Of a stretch of DNA of 64,000 nt, positions 38,670 through 47,700 are shown piece by piece. Where the stretch lies: IMG/VR virus record IMGVR_UViG_3300020548_000009, positions 20,685-84,684 of that record, one strand, 5' to 3'. This DNA comes from a virus. The number at the start of each line of letters is the position of its first letter. Positions within the stretch are counted from its first letter, which is position 1. The translations under genes and the position numbers were made by a program. The notes under the pieces are model-generated. The model had not been told where the DNA came from, searched no databases, and saw only the letters and a list, made by a program, of their open reading frames with translations.

Positions 38670-39701
38670 CTATAGCGACTGAACCTTGCCTCGTTTATTG
38701 TTGGCATCAAATACGTCTGAGTGCCTGTACGCCTGCTTCAGGCCATCCTCCCCTTCTAGCGACCTATTTTGGAAAAGGGGATTTGGCTTACCGCTTAACT
38801 CCTCCTCGGATTTACCAAACTCCTCAATGCCACAGTACTTTTTATAATCTTCGTATAATGGCTCTAACCAATGCGGCTCGCACCACGCCTTTACCGTATC
38901 AACGTCGAATACTTCCACGAGCACATTGGGGTCACTGCTTCCTTGAGCGTAAAAAGTTAAATATCCGTACCGATTTCCTTCGGTGACAGTGCGAACGCCA
39001 TGAGTCGCAATGAAATTACATGGAAACACAACTATGTCTCCTGCTTTGGCCTGATACTCAACCCCCAAATAAGGAAAGAATAATTCGCCGCCTGAATACT
39101 GGTTCTCGCCAACCGTTCCCTCATCGACGCAATCGTTGAAATAAGCCATGATTGCAATTGTCTGACGTGCACCCAATTGTCCCTTCGGTATGTACTTCTT
39201 ACCTTTTTCGGCTCTAAAATTTGTGTCGTTGTCATTGTGAACTCCCAAGTAGTTGCCCTTGGAGTATCTCAAAGCATGCCCTCTAGTCCTCCACCAAAGA
39301 GTTGGCAAAACCATTGGAAATTCGTGTATGTATTTCAGTACACATTTATAAATTGAATCTTCCAGATATCGAAAGAAATCAATCATATTTTGTTCGGTGT
39401 TCTCGTTGACAACCTGAAGCACTCTCACCGGCACTTCGTTCATCTGCTCTATGGAGAATTTATTGCCGTCTTCGTTTACGGCATATTTATTTCCTTCTAG
39501 GTCGTAGTCAAATTTCCATCTTTGCTCATGCGCATGCTTCCCTTCTTTGTCAATCCATGGAAGTAATTGTTCTTGATTTACCTTGAAGGCATTTGGAAAT
39601 GCGATTACACCGCCACCAAGTTTGACCATGTCCATAGCCATGATTTCCTTGACTGCTTGGTCATCAATTGTTGGATAATAACCAAAGTATCTATCGTCCA
39701 T
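38670..39701 (-). CDS. 2OG-Fe(II) oxygenase, P4H-like, paralog group A
   Basis: HND...YFND...YSGGELFF...HGVRTVTEGNRY; TATAAT 7 nt before ATG. Confidence 0.9.
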   Translation of the reverse strand: MDDRYFGYYPTIDDQAVKEIMAMDMVKLGGGVIAFPNAFKVNQEQLLPWIDKEGKHAHEQRWKFDYDLEGNKYAVNEDGNKFSIEQMNEVPVRVLQVVNENTEQNMIDFFRYLEDSIYKCVLKYIHEFPMVLPTLWWRTRGHALRYSKGNYLGVHNDNDTNFRAEKGKKYIPKGQLGARQTIAIMAYFNDCVDEGTVGENQYSGGELFFPYLGVEYQAKAGDIVVFPCNFIATHGVRTVTEGNRYGYLTFYAQGSSDPNVLVEVFDVDTVKAWCEPHWLEPLYEDYKKYCGIEEFGKSEEELSGKPNPLFQNRSLEGEDGLKQAYRHSDVFDANNKRGKVQSL

Positions 39702-39717
39702 AAGGCAAATTATAACA

Positions 39718-40425
39718 TTATTGATTTGGAACAGAAATTACAGGAAGTCCTGTGAATGTTGGCCCAATAGTATTGCCATCAGCGTCAAGACCTGTCTTTA
39801 TGCCTTTTGTCCATGTCCATGGACGTTCATTATTGTTGTCGCTCTTTAGTTGTCCATATTTCATTCTTTGTTCCATAAGTTCTTTGTCATCCCATAAATT
39901 TGATACCGAAACGGTCGCATCCGTCATAACCCTGTTGTCGTATATGTTAAAGAAGCAAATTGGCTCACCGGCCTTGAATGTGACAGGCGCGCCAATGACA
40001 TTAATTTTCCAGTTCATTTGAACCTCGTCTGGCCACCAAAATGTAGGAACAGTTGCTGAAAGTGCCTGTGCGTCACTTCTCAAATAGTTTGGCGAACCAG
40101 AAAACCAAGTACTGTAATTTTTTTCTGTTCTCACGACCCAGCCCATTGCAAAAGAAACCATTCCAATTATTGAGCAGTGGACTTGTGTAAAACCGCTTGA
40201 TGTTTTTTCGCCAGACAATATTTTGGGGACTGAGTTGCCGCCATCCCACTGGACAACAACATCCTCACTCAGCACCAGTTCCCAACCTAAAACATTCGCG
40301 ACAGACATTGGCATGCATTGATAAGCATGCTTTTTGTAGGTCTCATCCATCCAGTCTCGCTTGATTCGCGACTGTCTAATTTCTGGCGGGTTTTGTGTCG
40401 TTTTTACAAACTGAACATTTGTCAC
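39718..40425 (-). CDS. DUF6065-like protein
   Basis: RDWMD....HAY.C.P...AN..GWEL...MNW......VTF..GEP.C. Confidence 0.7.
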   Translation of the reverse strand: MTNVQFVKTTQNPPEIRQSRIKRDWMDETYKKHAYQCMPMSVANVLGWELVLSEDVVVQWDGGNSVPKILSGEKTSSGFTQVHCSIIGMVSFAMGWVVRTEKNYSTWFSGSPNYLRSDAQALSATVPTFWWPDEVQMNWKINVIGAPVTFKAGEPICFFNIYDNRVMTDATVSVSNLWDDKELMEQRMKYGQLKSDNNNERPWTWTKGIKTGLDADGNTIGPTFTGLPVISVPNQ

Positions 40426-41111
40426 TGTGATGTGCTCACCCCACGTGTTGCCGCAACTGGAGAATAAGACTGAACCTGCTTGTGGTTCTTGTCGTTGTAG
40501 TCAAACATTGTGACGGCAGAATATTTCACTCCGCTCTGAACTGGAAGTGCTGCGTGAGCGAAAATGTATGTCGATGGGAAGAAAACAATGTCTCCTGCTT
40601 CTGGCTTGAACTTCAAGTCAAAATATGGGAAGAACAGTTCTCCACCTTCATAATCATCGTTTAGATACATGATGGACGATATCGTGCATGTGTAAGAAAA
40701 TCCGTGGTCGGTGTGAGTTTGAAAGTGTTGTTTTGGTCCGTACTTGACGTAATTAATTGCTTCCATCCATTCCATTTTTACGTTGTACATTGACTCATAA
40801 TGACGCAAGCACGGCGTGAGTCTTTCGATTGTGTCTGACCAAATGGCCTTTATTTCCAAGAACTCGCCTGGCGCCTGGTTCGCAAGTTGTTCGCTAATTT
40901 TGCAGTCAAAACAGTCCCTGTAGTCGGGCATCTTTTCCTGGTGTCCGACAAGGGCCTCCATCCACATGTACGGGGGTGTTGTGCTCGTCCCTATCGTCTC
41001 CTCCAAGCGCTCTATCAAACGCAGTTCTTTGGGGAGCATATTTCTGTAGACCATAATCGCGAAGCGAGGGTCTCCAAGATATTCGCACGAAACATTTATG
41101 GCTGAGTTCAT
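40422..41111 (-). CDS. prolyl-4-hydroxylase-like 2OG-Fe(II) oxygenase
   Basis: HTD...YLNDDYEGGELFF...HAALPVQSGVKYS, with the Lys-type 2OG ligand of P4Hs. Confidence 0.9.
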   Translation of the reverse strand: MNSAINVSCEYLGDPRFAIMVYRNMLPKELRLIERLEETIGTSTTPPYMWMEALVGHQEKMPDYRDCFDCKISEQLANQAPGEFLEIKAIWSDTIERLTPCLRHYESMYNVKMEWMEAINYVKYGPKQHFQTHTDHGFSYTCTISSIMYLNDDYEGGELFFPYFDLKFKPEAGDIVFFPSTYIFAHAALPVQSGVKYSAVTMFDYNDKNHKQVQSYSPVAATRGVSTSQ

Positions 41112-41160
41112 TGTATTGGACCTTTCTTGACCTGGGATGTCGTGATAGTAGAATGTTCTT

Positions 41161-42024
41161 ATGAGTATAGCGCCTATTTCGGGGGCAATCGAAACCCTGC
41201 CATTGTCTATTTACGACATAAAAATCAAGTCAGCCGACGGGAAAAACAGTGACGTTTTGGGTGACGCAAGGGGTAAGGTAACCCTGCTTTTCAATGTCGC
41301 CGCAGGCTGCGGGAATATTCCTCAACACGGCGTAATTGAGCAACTTCATCAAATGTATAAGGGAAACCCAGATTTTAAAATTTTGGCTGTGGTTGTTGAC
41401 GACTTTGTGTGTCACGGATACGAACAGTTCCAGGGCGGACTCGCTTCTTATGCTGAAAAAAATGCGCTGAGCATGACCCCAGGTCAAATAGCACAGGATT
41501 ATGCCAAGACCCATTTCGGCTCAACATACGAATTCACTGAGTTGACAAACGGTAGATACGACAAGCACTCGTACAGCGAAGACTATGTTCCAAATGCTCA
41601 AAAGATTCAGGACATTCATGAATTGTGGTTTTATTTGACTGGTTGTCATTCGGCAGATTTTCAAGAAAACGGAACCCCCTATACTGACGAATTTATTCCT
41701 TGGGCAAAAGTAAAGGCGTCAAAGCCAGATGACAAAAGGGGAATGTCCAATTTGACTGGTAATTTTACAAAGTTTTTGATTGATAGGACAGGAACGCAAT
41801 ATTTGCGCTATCACAATGGATTTCTTCTCGGTGAACGAACACCGCATGGCGAGCCATTCCCTTGGTGGCAGGGTGAGGGTTTGGAAAAACTCAAACAAGA
41901 ATTGGGAGAAAAAGAATTTTTTGAGTGGACAAACGCCCCGTATCCAACAAAGTTGCAACAAAAGGGAATTAACGAATCCCTGAGAATAATCAAAAACGAT
42001 ATCGATTACATGCTCGGGATGTAA
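41161..42024 (+). CDS. divergent glutathione peroxidase-family protein
   Basis: GKVTLLFNVAAGCG..PQ and GNFTKFLIDRTG (canonical WNFTKFL). Confidence 0.75.
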   Translation: MSIAPISGAIETLPLSIYDIKIKSADGKNSDVLGDARGKVTLLFNVAAGCGNIPQHGVIEQLHQMYKGNPDFKILAVVVDDFVCHGYEQFQGGLASYAEKNALSMTPGQIAQDYAKTHFGSTYEFTELTNGRYDKHSYSEDYVPNAQKIQDIHELWFYLTGCHSADFQENGTPYTDEFIPWAKVKASKPDDKRGMSNLTGNFTKFLIDRTGTQYLRYHNGFLLGERTPHGEPFPWWQGEGLEKLKQELGEKEFFEWTNAPYPTKLQQKGINESLRIIKNDIDYMLGM

Positions 42025-43044
42025 TCACTTAATCAGAAACAACTTATTCCTATTTGGGATGGGTAGCAAAGAGTCTTTATTGTCCTCAATATTGACTTTT
42101 TCAAATATGCCAAACAGCGCGTTTCTCGTTAGTGATTTTTCGTTGTTTGGTATCGCATCGCAATACAATGACTTCCCTTGCCATGCGATTGCGTCGCCTT
42201 CCATGGGCATGTGTTGATATATTTTCCCAACATCTGCATTTGCCAACCTGTGACAGTAGTGAATATATTCGTTGTATTTTTCATTGGAGGTTAGGTCCCC
42301 AATGATGTTTTGGTCAAGGTCCAGCGCATGCGAACCTGCCGCTATTTGTAATACTCCAGAAATTGGATGATGGTCTTCTATGGCAACCATTTCTATAACT
42401 GTGCCCGGCGAAGTGATTGGCTCATTGCACCATGGCGCCTCCATCTTCCAATGGTGCTGCGACGACCATGTAAAAGCATGAACAAATCTAAGTCCATATG
42501 CCGTGTTCATTGAATCTGCCAATGACTCCATGAAGTCGTTGCACAGAATAGAGACAATTGACTCCGATACAAGATATTCTTTTGTTGAAAACAAATAAGA
42601 CTTTTTTTTGGTGCCCGTCTTTAAAAGCATTTCTTTTGCATATTTTGATTTGTAGTCGCTAATCGCATCTTTTGGTGCTCCGCCTAAACAAACGGAATAA
42701 CCCTTATCTACAAAATCACCATGATTTTCGCTAGAGGTGTACTGCTCAAGTAATCGATAGTCAATATATGATTTACGTCCGCCATTTGTTTTATGCCCAT
42801 ATCCGTTGATATGAATGTTTTTCCCAAAAGTATTTAAAGCATGAAGGAAGCCAACGGACTCAACAAAACCCACATCCAAACCAAGTTCGTCTATTTTTCC
42901 TTCTGCTATTTGTGCCCATGCATTGGCTACGGCTTGATATCCAGTTGTTTCCCCAACCCAGAAGTGTCTAGCAATAATTTCGGTAACTGTGTAGTCGTGC
43001 CACGCAGTTGATGTATCAAAATCTTTTGGTTTATTTACACTCAC
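42025..43044 (-). CDS. degenerate PhyH-like dioxygenase-fold protein
   Basis: VAIED....G.LQ..AGSH and PMEGDAIAW, but no clear HxD...H triad. Confidence 0.55.
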   Translation of the reverse strand: MSVNKPKDFDTSTAWHDYTVTEIIARHFWVGETTGYQAVANAWAQIAEGKIDELGLDVGFVESVGFLHALNTFGKNIHINGYGHKTNGGRKSYIDYRLLEQYTSSENHGDFVDKGYSVCLGGAPKDAISDYKSKYAKEMLLKTGTKKKSYLFSTKEYLVSESIVSILCNDFMESLADSMNTAYGLRFVHAFTWSSQHHWKMEAPWCNEPITSPGTVIEMVAIEDHHPISGVLQIAAGSHALDLDQNIIGDLTSNEKYNEYIHYCHRLANADVGKIYQHMPMEGDAIAWQGKSLYCDAIPNNEKSLTRNALFGIFEKVNIEDNKDSLLPIPNRNKLFLIK

Positions 43045-43066
43045 AAATTCAGACTATCATAACTAT

Positions 43067-43630
43067 ATGGGAATAAACCGTGTCGTCGGCCTTGTTTCTC
43101 TTGGAGTAATGGGGTCATCGCTTGCGTCATCATTGCTTTCGTCTGGGCATTCGGTTATATGGGCCTCCCATGGTCGTTCACAAAAAACAATTGACAGGGC
43201 TCGCTCTGTGGGCGCCATTGATGTTGGGACAATCAAAGAACTTTCAGACCGTTCTGATGTAATTATGTCTGTTGGGTTTGGCAATAGCGGGCCAGAAACC
43301 GCAGAACGTTTGATACATGTGGGCTTTGACAAAATTCTTGTTGACTTCAATTCATTGTGGGGAGAGTCATCAGAGCATTCTTTTTATGAGACTGTGGCGC
43401 AAGGTAAGTATGATTACGTTGACGGAGCAATCCATGGATACCCGCTCAACAGTTCTTTTGATAAAGATGGGTTGACTCGCTTGATGCTCCTGCATGGCGA
43501 GCATGCTCAATTTATTGGGTCTCTGTTTACTGATGATATTTGGACAATCATCTACTGTAAAGAAAAGGCAAAAAAGGAAAATAGGATTATGAGCCAACGA
43601 CCGTATAGAACGATGGAGTCGTATACCTAA
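43067..43630 (+). CDS. NAD(P)-binding domain of 6PGD/3-hydroxyisobutyrate dehydrogenase family
   Basis: VGLVSLGVMGSSLA...GHSVIWAS.GRS..T..RA, SDVIMS, YVDGAI.G. Confidence 0.7.
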   Translation: MGINRVVGLVSLGVMGSSLASSLLSSGHSVIWASHGRSQKTIDRARSVGAIDVGTIKELSDRSDVIMSVGFGNSGPETAERLIHVGFDKILVDFNSLWGESSEHSFYETVAQGKYDYVDGAIHGYPLNSSFDKDGLTRLMLLHGEHAQFIGSLFTDDIWTIIYCKEKAKKENRIMSQRPYRTMESYT

Positions 43631-44225
43631 ATCCTTTTGTAATCATTGTTACCCCATGCAGATAATTGACATCACCGGGGTGCATGACGGCCAAGCCTGG
43701 CTTTGGCCTTACCGTGAGGTCGTGTTGTGGATAAAACAAATCTCCGCCTTCAAAATCGTCGTTGTAATAAAACAGAGAGTTGAGGTCATAGTCAACAAAT
43801 GCATTTGGTCTTCCGTCATTCAATTGTTTGTCCGCGTGAGGTTTTTGCTCAATTCCAGGACGCCATTTCATTATTACGGGAGGGCGTTTGCTGACTTTCA
43901 CTTTGTAAAAGTCTTCAATCGTTTTCTGCATTTTGTCAATATATTTGTCAACAAGTATCCATACCTGTTTGTTGAGCCGTTCTAATATCTCGCTACTGCA
44001 CTGTCTGTCGTTCCAATAATCTGCGTTATATAAACAAGTTCCATCTTCGGCGTACACGCTTTCAGCAGAATTGTTCCACTGATTAATGGTTGGGCAAAAC
44101 TCCTGAATAAGTTTCAAATCTTCCAATTCAATAAAATTGTCAATGACAACAATATTTGATGAACTGTTTCCGAAATGTCCCGGCTTGATTTTCCATGGGC
44201 TTTCTGCTGTAACGTCCGTGCTCAT
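43587..44225 (-). CDS. prolyl-hydroxylase-like 2OG-Fe(II) oxygenase resembling prolyl 3-hydroxylases
   Basis: PHAD...DY...YYNDDFEGG...HGVT.IT.G.R. Confidence 0.85.
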   Translation of the reverse strand: MSTDVTAESPWKIKPGHFGNSSSNIVVIDNFIELEDLKLIQEFCPTINQWNNSAESVYAEDGTCLYNADYWNDRQCSSEILERLNKQVWILVDKYIDKMQKTIEDFYKVKVSKRPPVIMKWRPGIEQKPHADKQLNDGRPNAFVDYDLNSLFYYNDDFEGGDLFYPQHDLTVRPKPGLAVMHPGDVNYLHGVTMITKGFRYTTPSFYTVVGS

Positions 44226-44271
44226 GTCATAACCCTAACAGCCACTGCATTGGAGTTCTGGATTTAACTAA

Positions 44272-44763
44272 TCAGCACGGGCCCAATTTTGGATTAAAGC
44301 AGGGTGGGAAATATGGCGGGAAGAAAGGTGGGAAGAATGGCGGGAAGAAAGGTGGGAAGAACGGCGGGAAGTATGGGGGGAAAAAGGGCGGGAAGAACGG
44401 TGGGAAAAACGGAGGGAAAAAAGGCGGAAAATACGGAGGAGTTACCGATGGTGATGCCGCTGAAACATCTGATGGAACGCCATAATTTGTATTTGCGACA
44501 ACCGTAAATGTGTAAGAAGTTCCAGAAGTTAAGCCAGATACGGTTATCGGTGAAGATGAGCCAGTCGCAGTCAAACCGCCAGGGCTTGAGGTCGCCGTAT
44601 ATGTAACTGTTCCCTTGCCAATGTAAGAAGACGGTGTGAAAGCAACGCTTACCTGCTGTGCGTTGTTCGGGTTTGTGTTATTGACAACGGGAACGACCGT
44701 CCCTGTTGGGGACGACGGTGTCGTTGGCTTTTTGCCGCCACTGTCCTTTGGTGCCCTTGCCAT
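44272..44763 (-). CDS. FN3-domain protein with (PP[F/Y/C]F)12 tail, probable fibre-tip/adhesin
   Basis: FN3 (V.FT...YT.T..PGG.T.TG.SSPITV.GL..GT.YTFTV.A); starts 3 nt after the long fibre gene. Confidence 0.8.
   Translation of the reverse strand: MARAPKDSGGKKPTTPSSPTGTVVPVVNNTNPNNAQQVSVAFTPSSYIGKGTVTYTATSSPGGLTATGSSSPITVSGLTSGTSYTFTVVANTNYGVPSDVSAASPSVTPPYFPPFFPPFFPPFFPPFFPPYFPPFFPPFFPPFFPPFFPPYFPPCFNPKLGPC
44296..44439 (-). repeat. 12 x 12-bp coding repeat [PPYF(PPFF)4]2-PPYF-PPCF
   Basis: Direct translation; all four Pro codons and both Phe codons used. Confidence 0.95.
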
Positions 44764-44766
44764 AAA

Positions 44767-47700
44767 TTATGCCGAAATATCTCCTACGAGAACCCACGTA
44801 TTTTCTGCTCGCTTGATAAGCGTAGCATAGGACCACTGTGCTCGCATCTTCAAGCCTGGTGCTGCGTTAATTGTTACCCCACCAGTTGCAACAATTGTTG
44901 TCTGGCCAGCACCTGTCTGCAAAATGTTGATTTGTGAGCCCACAGGGAAGGCAACGGATGAGTTCAGTGGAACGGTCAAGTTGTTTGCAGAGGCAACGTT
45001 CATTTCTACAATCTTGTTCTTATCCGCAAGGACAAGTGTATAACTGGCTGTTTGAGCGTTTGTTGAGATGTCTGCCAATTTGCCAAGTTCAATTGCCGCA
45101 GTCGCGCTTACATCAGCATTAACAATCACGCCGGAAGAAATCGCCGTAACGCCAGATGAGTCAATTGTTATATCGCCGGTTTCCGTTACCCATGTCGGTA
45201 CACCAGATGCGTTGGCAACAATGATTTGTCCAGCAGTTCCGCTAGATACTGCAATTGAGGCACTAGAACCCTCTCCTGGCGTGTGCGTAACCGTAATTAG
45301 GTTGCCAGCAGCAACGTTCGACATATAGTTACCAGTTGTATCTGTCCCTAGGTCAATTGCGTCATTGACCCATGCAGTTCCATTCCATTTCAGGAATTGG
45401 CCAGATGTAGCGCTCGTAATTGTTACGTCAGCGATGTCATCGAGGGAATTGATGGTTGTGCCGCCTGCTGCGTCATTTACCCATGCAGTTCCATTCCATT
45501 TTAGAACTTGACCGGCAGATGCAGATGTAATTGATACGTCACCGATGTCATCGAGTGAAGCAACCGTTTGCCCATCAACATAAAATGTTGTAGCAATGTC
45601 GTAATACGTAGAGCCATCTTCAGTGATTTCCCACTTATCGCTTGTTTCATTCCAGCGGACGGCAACGTTTGCCGACGTTCCACGTTCAACTTCAATACCA
45701 GCATTCTGTGATGGCGCGCTTGTCTCATTGCTATTGAGAACAATGATGTTGTCAGCGAGATTGATTGTCTCCGTATTGACAGTCGTTGTCGTTCCATTGA
45801 TTGTTAAATCTCCGCCAACAGTGACGTTTCCAGTTGTGGTGATTTGAGCAAATTGAACCGAAGCGGAAGTGCCAACAGCCTGACCGATTGCAACTGTGGG
45901 GCTTGAACCCTCTCCTGGGGTGTGGCTAACGGTTACACCAGTTCCTGCGGTTACATCAGAAACATAATTTCCTGTTGTGTCTGTCCCTAGGGCAACTGAG
46001 TTAGCCGCGATTGTTGCGTTTATGGTTACATTAGAGGAACCATTAAATGAAGCAGAACCACTCAGGTCACCGCCCAGAGAGATTGTGCGAGATGTGGCAA
46101 GGGCCGTTGCGGTAGACGCATTGCCGATAAGTGGAGCCGTGACTGCCGCAAATGTCACCGATGATGAAGTGCCAACAGCCTGACCAATGGCAATCGTCGG
46201 GCTTGAGCCTTCGCCAGGAGTATGTGTGACGGTGACACCAGTGCCTGCGGTTACATCAGAAACATAGTTTCCTGTTGTGTCGGTGCCAAGAGCAACGCTG
46301 TTCGGCTCAACTGCCGCAGTGATTGTTACATCCGATGTTCCGTTAAACGACACCGAACCGCTGAGGTCTCCACCAAGAGAGATTGTTCGAGCATTCTGAA
46401 GAGCGGTCGCCGTTCCAGAATTTCCTGTCACATCGCCTGTTATGTTGCCTGTTACCGGCGCAGAAACATGTGCAAATGTGACAGACGATGAAGTCCCAAC
46501 ATCTTGGCCAATTGCAATTGTTGCGTTTGAGCCTTCTGCCGGAGTATGTGTAATTGCAACACCCGTACCAGCAGTGAGGTCAGACATGTAGTTTCCGGTC
46601 GTATCTGTTCCGAGCGCAACTGAGTTCGCTGCAATAGTCGCAGTGATTGAAGCATTTGTAGAGCCATCAAAAGAAACCGAACCAGTTACATCGCCAGAAA
46701 GGCTTATCGTCCTTGCGTTTTGCAACGTTGTGGCTGTTGATGCATTACCAACAAGATTTGCGCTTACAGTATTGAATGTAACCGATGCGCTTGTCGCCAC
46801 ATCTTGACCGATAGACAGTGTGTTTCCCGTCTTCGTAATTCCTGTACCGGCAACAATGTTTGCAGCACCAGTAAACTGCGTAAAGGTTATTGCGTCAGTA
46901 CCGATGATGTGAGCACCACCTGTTCCTGTTCCCTCTGAATTGATAATAAAACCTTGGTTGATATGCGTTGCGCCGTTTGCAACATAAACAGCATCTCCGC
47001 GTACAACTTCATCAAGGTTTCCATCATGGTCAGATGAGCGAGTAAGAATCCATGCTGCAGAAACCGAGCCCTGATTTGTTACATCATAAATTCCGTTATG
47101 AACACTATTTGCCTGATTCTGCACCAAGACTCTGTCGCCGGTTGTCGCATTTACTCCGTCAATAATGAGTCGCGCACTTGCGCTAGCGGTAAGGGTCGCA
47201 CCAACACCACTTGTTCCATTGTCGTAAGTTGGTGAGTTCGGCAGAACCGCCGCTGTCGCGAGTTCCACGGAATCGTGCCAGTTGATTCCCGCTGCTATTG
47301 AGTCGGCGTACGACTTTGTAACTGCGTGGGTTGTTTCAGTCGGCTGACCAGTGAGTGTAAGGACAGCGAATGTTGGCGATGCTGATGTTGCAACACTTTG
47401 AGGAATGGATATTGTCGCCGTTGAGCCTTCGCTTGGAGTGTGGCTGATTGTGATTCCTGTTCCAGCGGTCACATCAACCATGTAGTTGCCGACGGTGTCG
47501 GTGCCGAGGTTAATTTGGTCGTTAATCCAGACAGATGATGCGCTGTTCCACATCAAGACATCTTTGTCAACCTTGCCGTTGGTCTTGACATCATGCAGTT
47601 CATTCAGTTCATATCCGTTCTGAACTGCAACATAGATGATTCCGTTGTTTGTTGCACGAACGACAACGCCGATGAACACTGTGTTCAGCGGAGCAGAAGG

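Noticed and set aside
31986-44225. DNA hypermodification (TET/JBP plus glycosyltransferase)
   Set aside because: The oxygenases carry P4H-type (Y/F)LND...GGE motifs rather than TET/JBP motifs and sit among virion genes. It remains a less likely alternative for the GTs.
44272-44763. RiPP precursor with repeated PPFF cores (motif also found in antamanide and cyclolinopeptide A)
   Set aside because: No spacers between units, no protease, cyclase or transporter nearby, and the N-terminus is an FN3 domain next to a fibre gene. A structural protein fits better, though this is not formally excluded.
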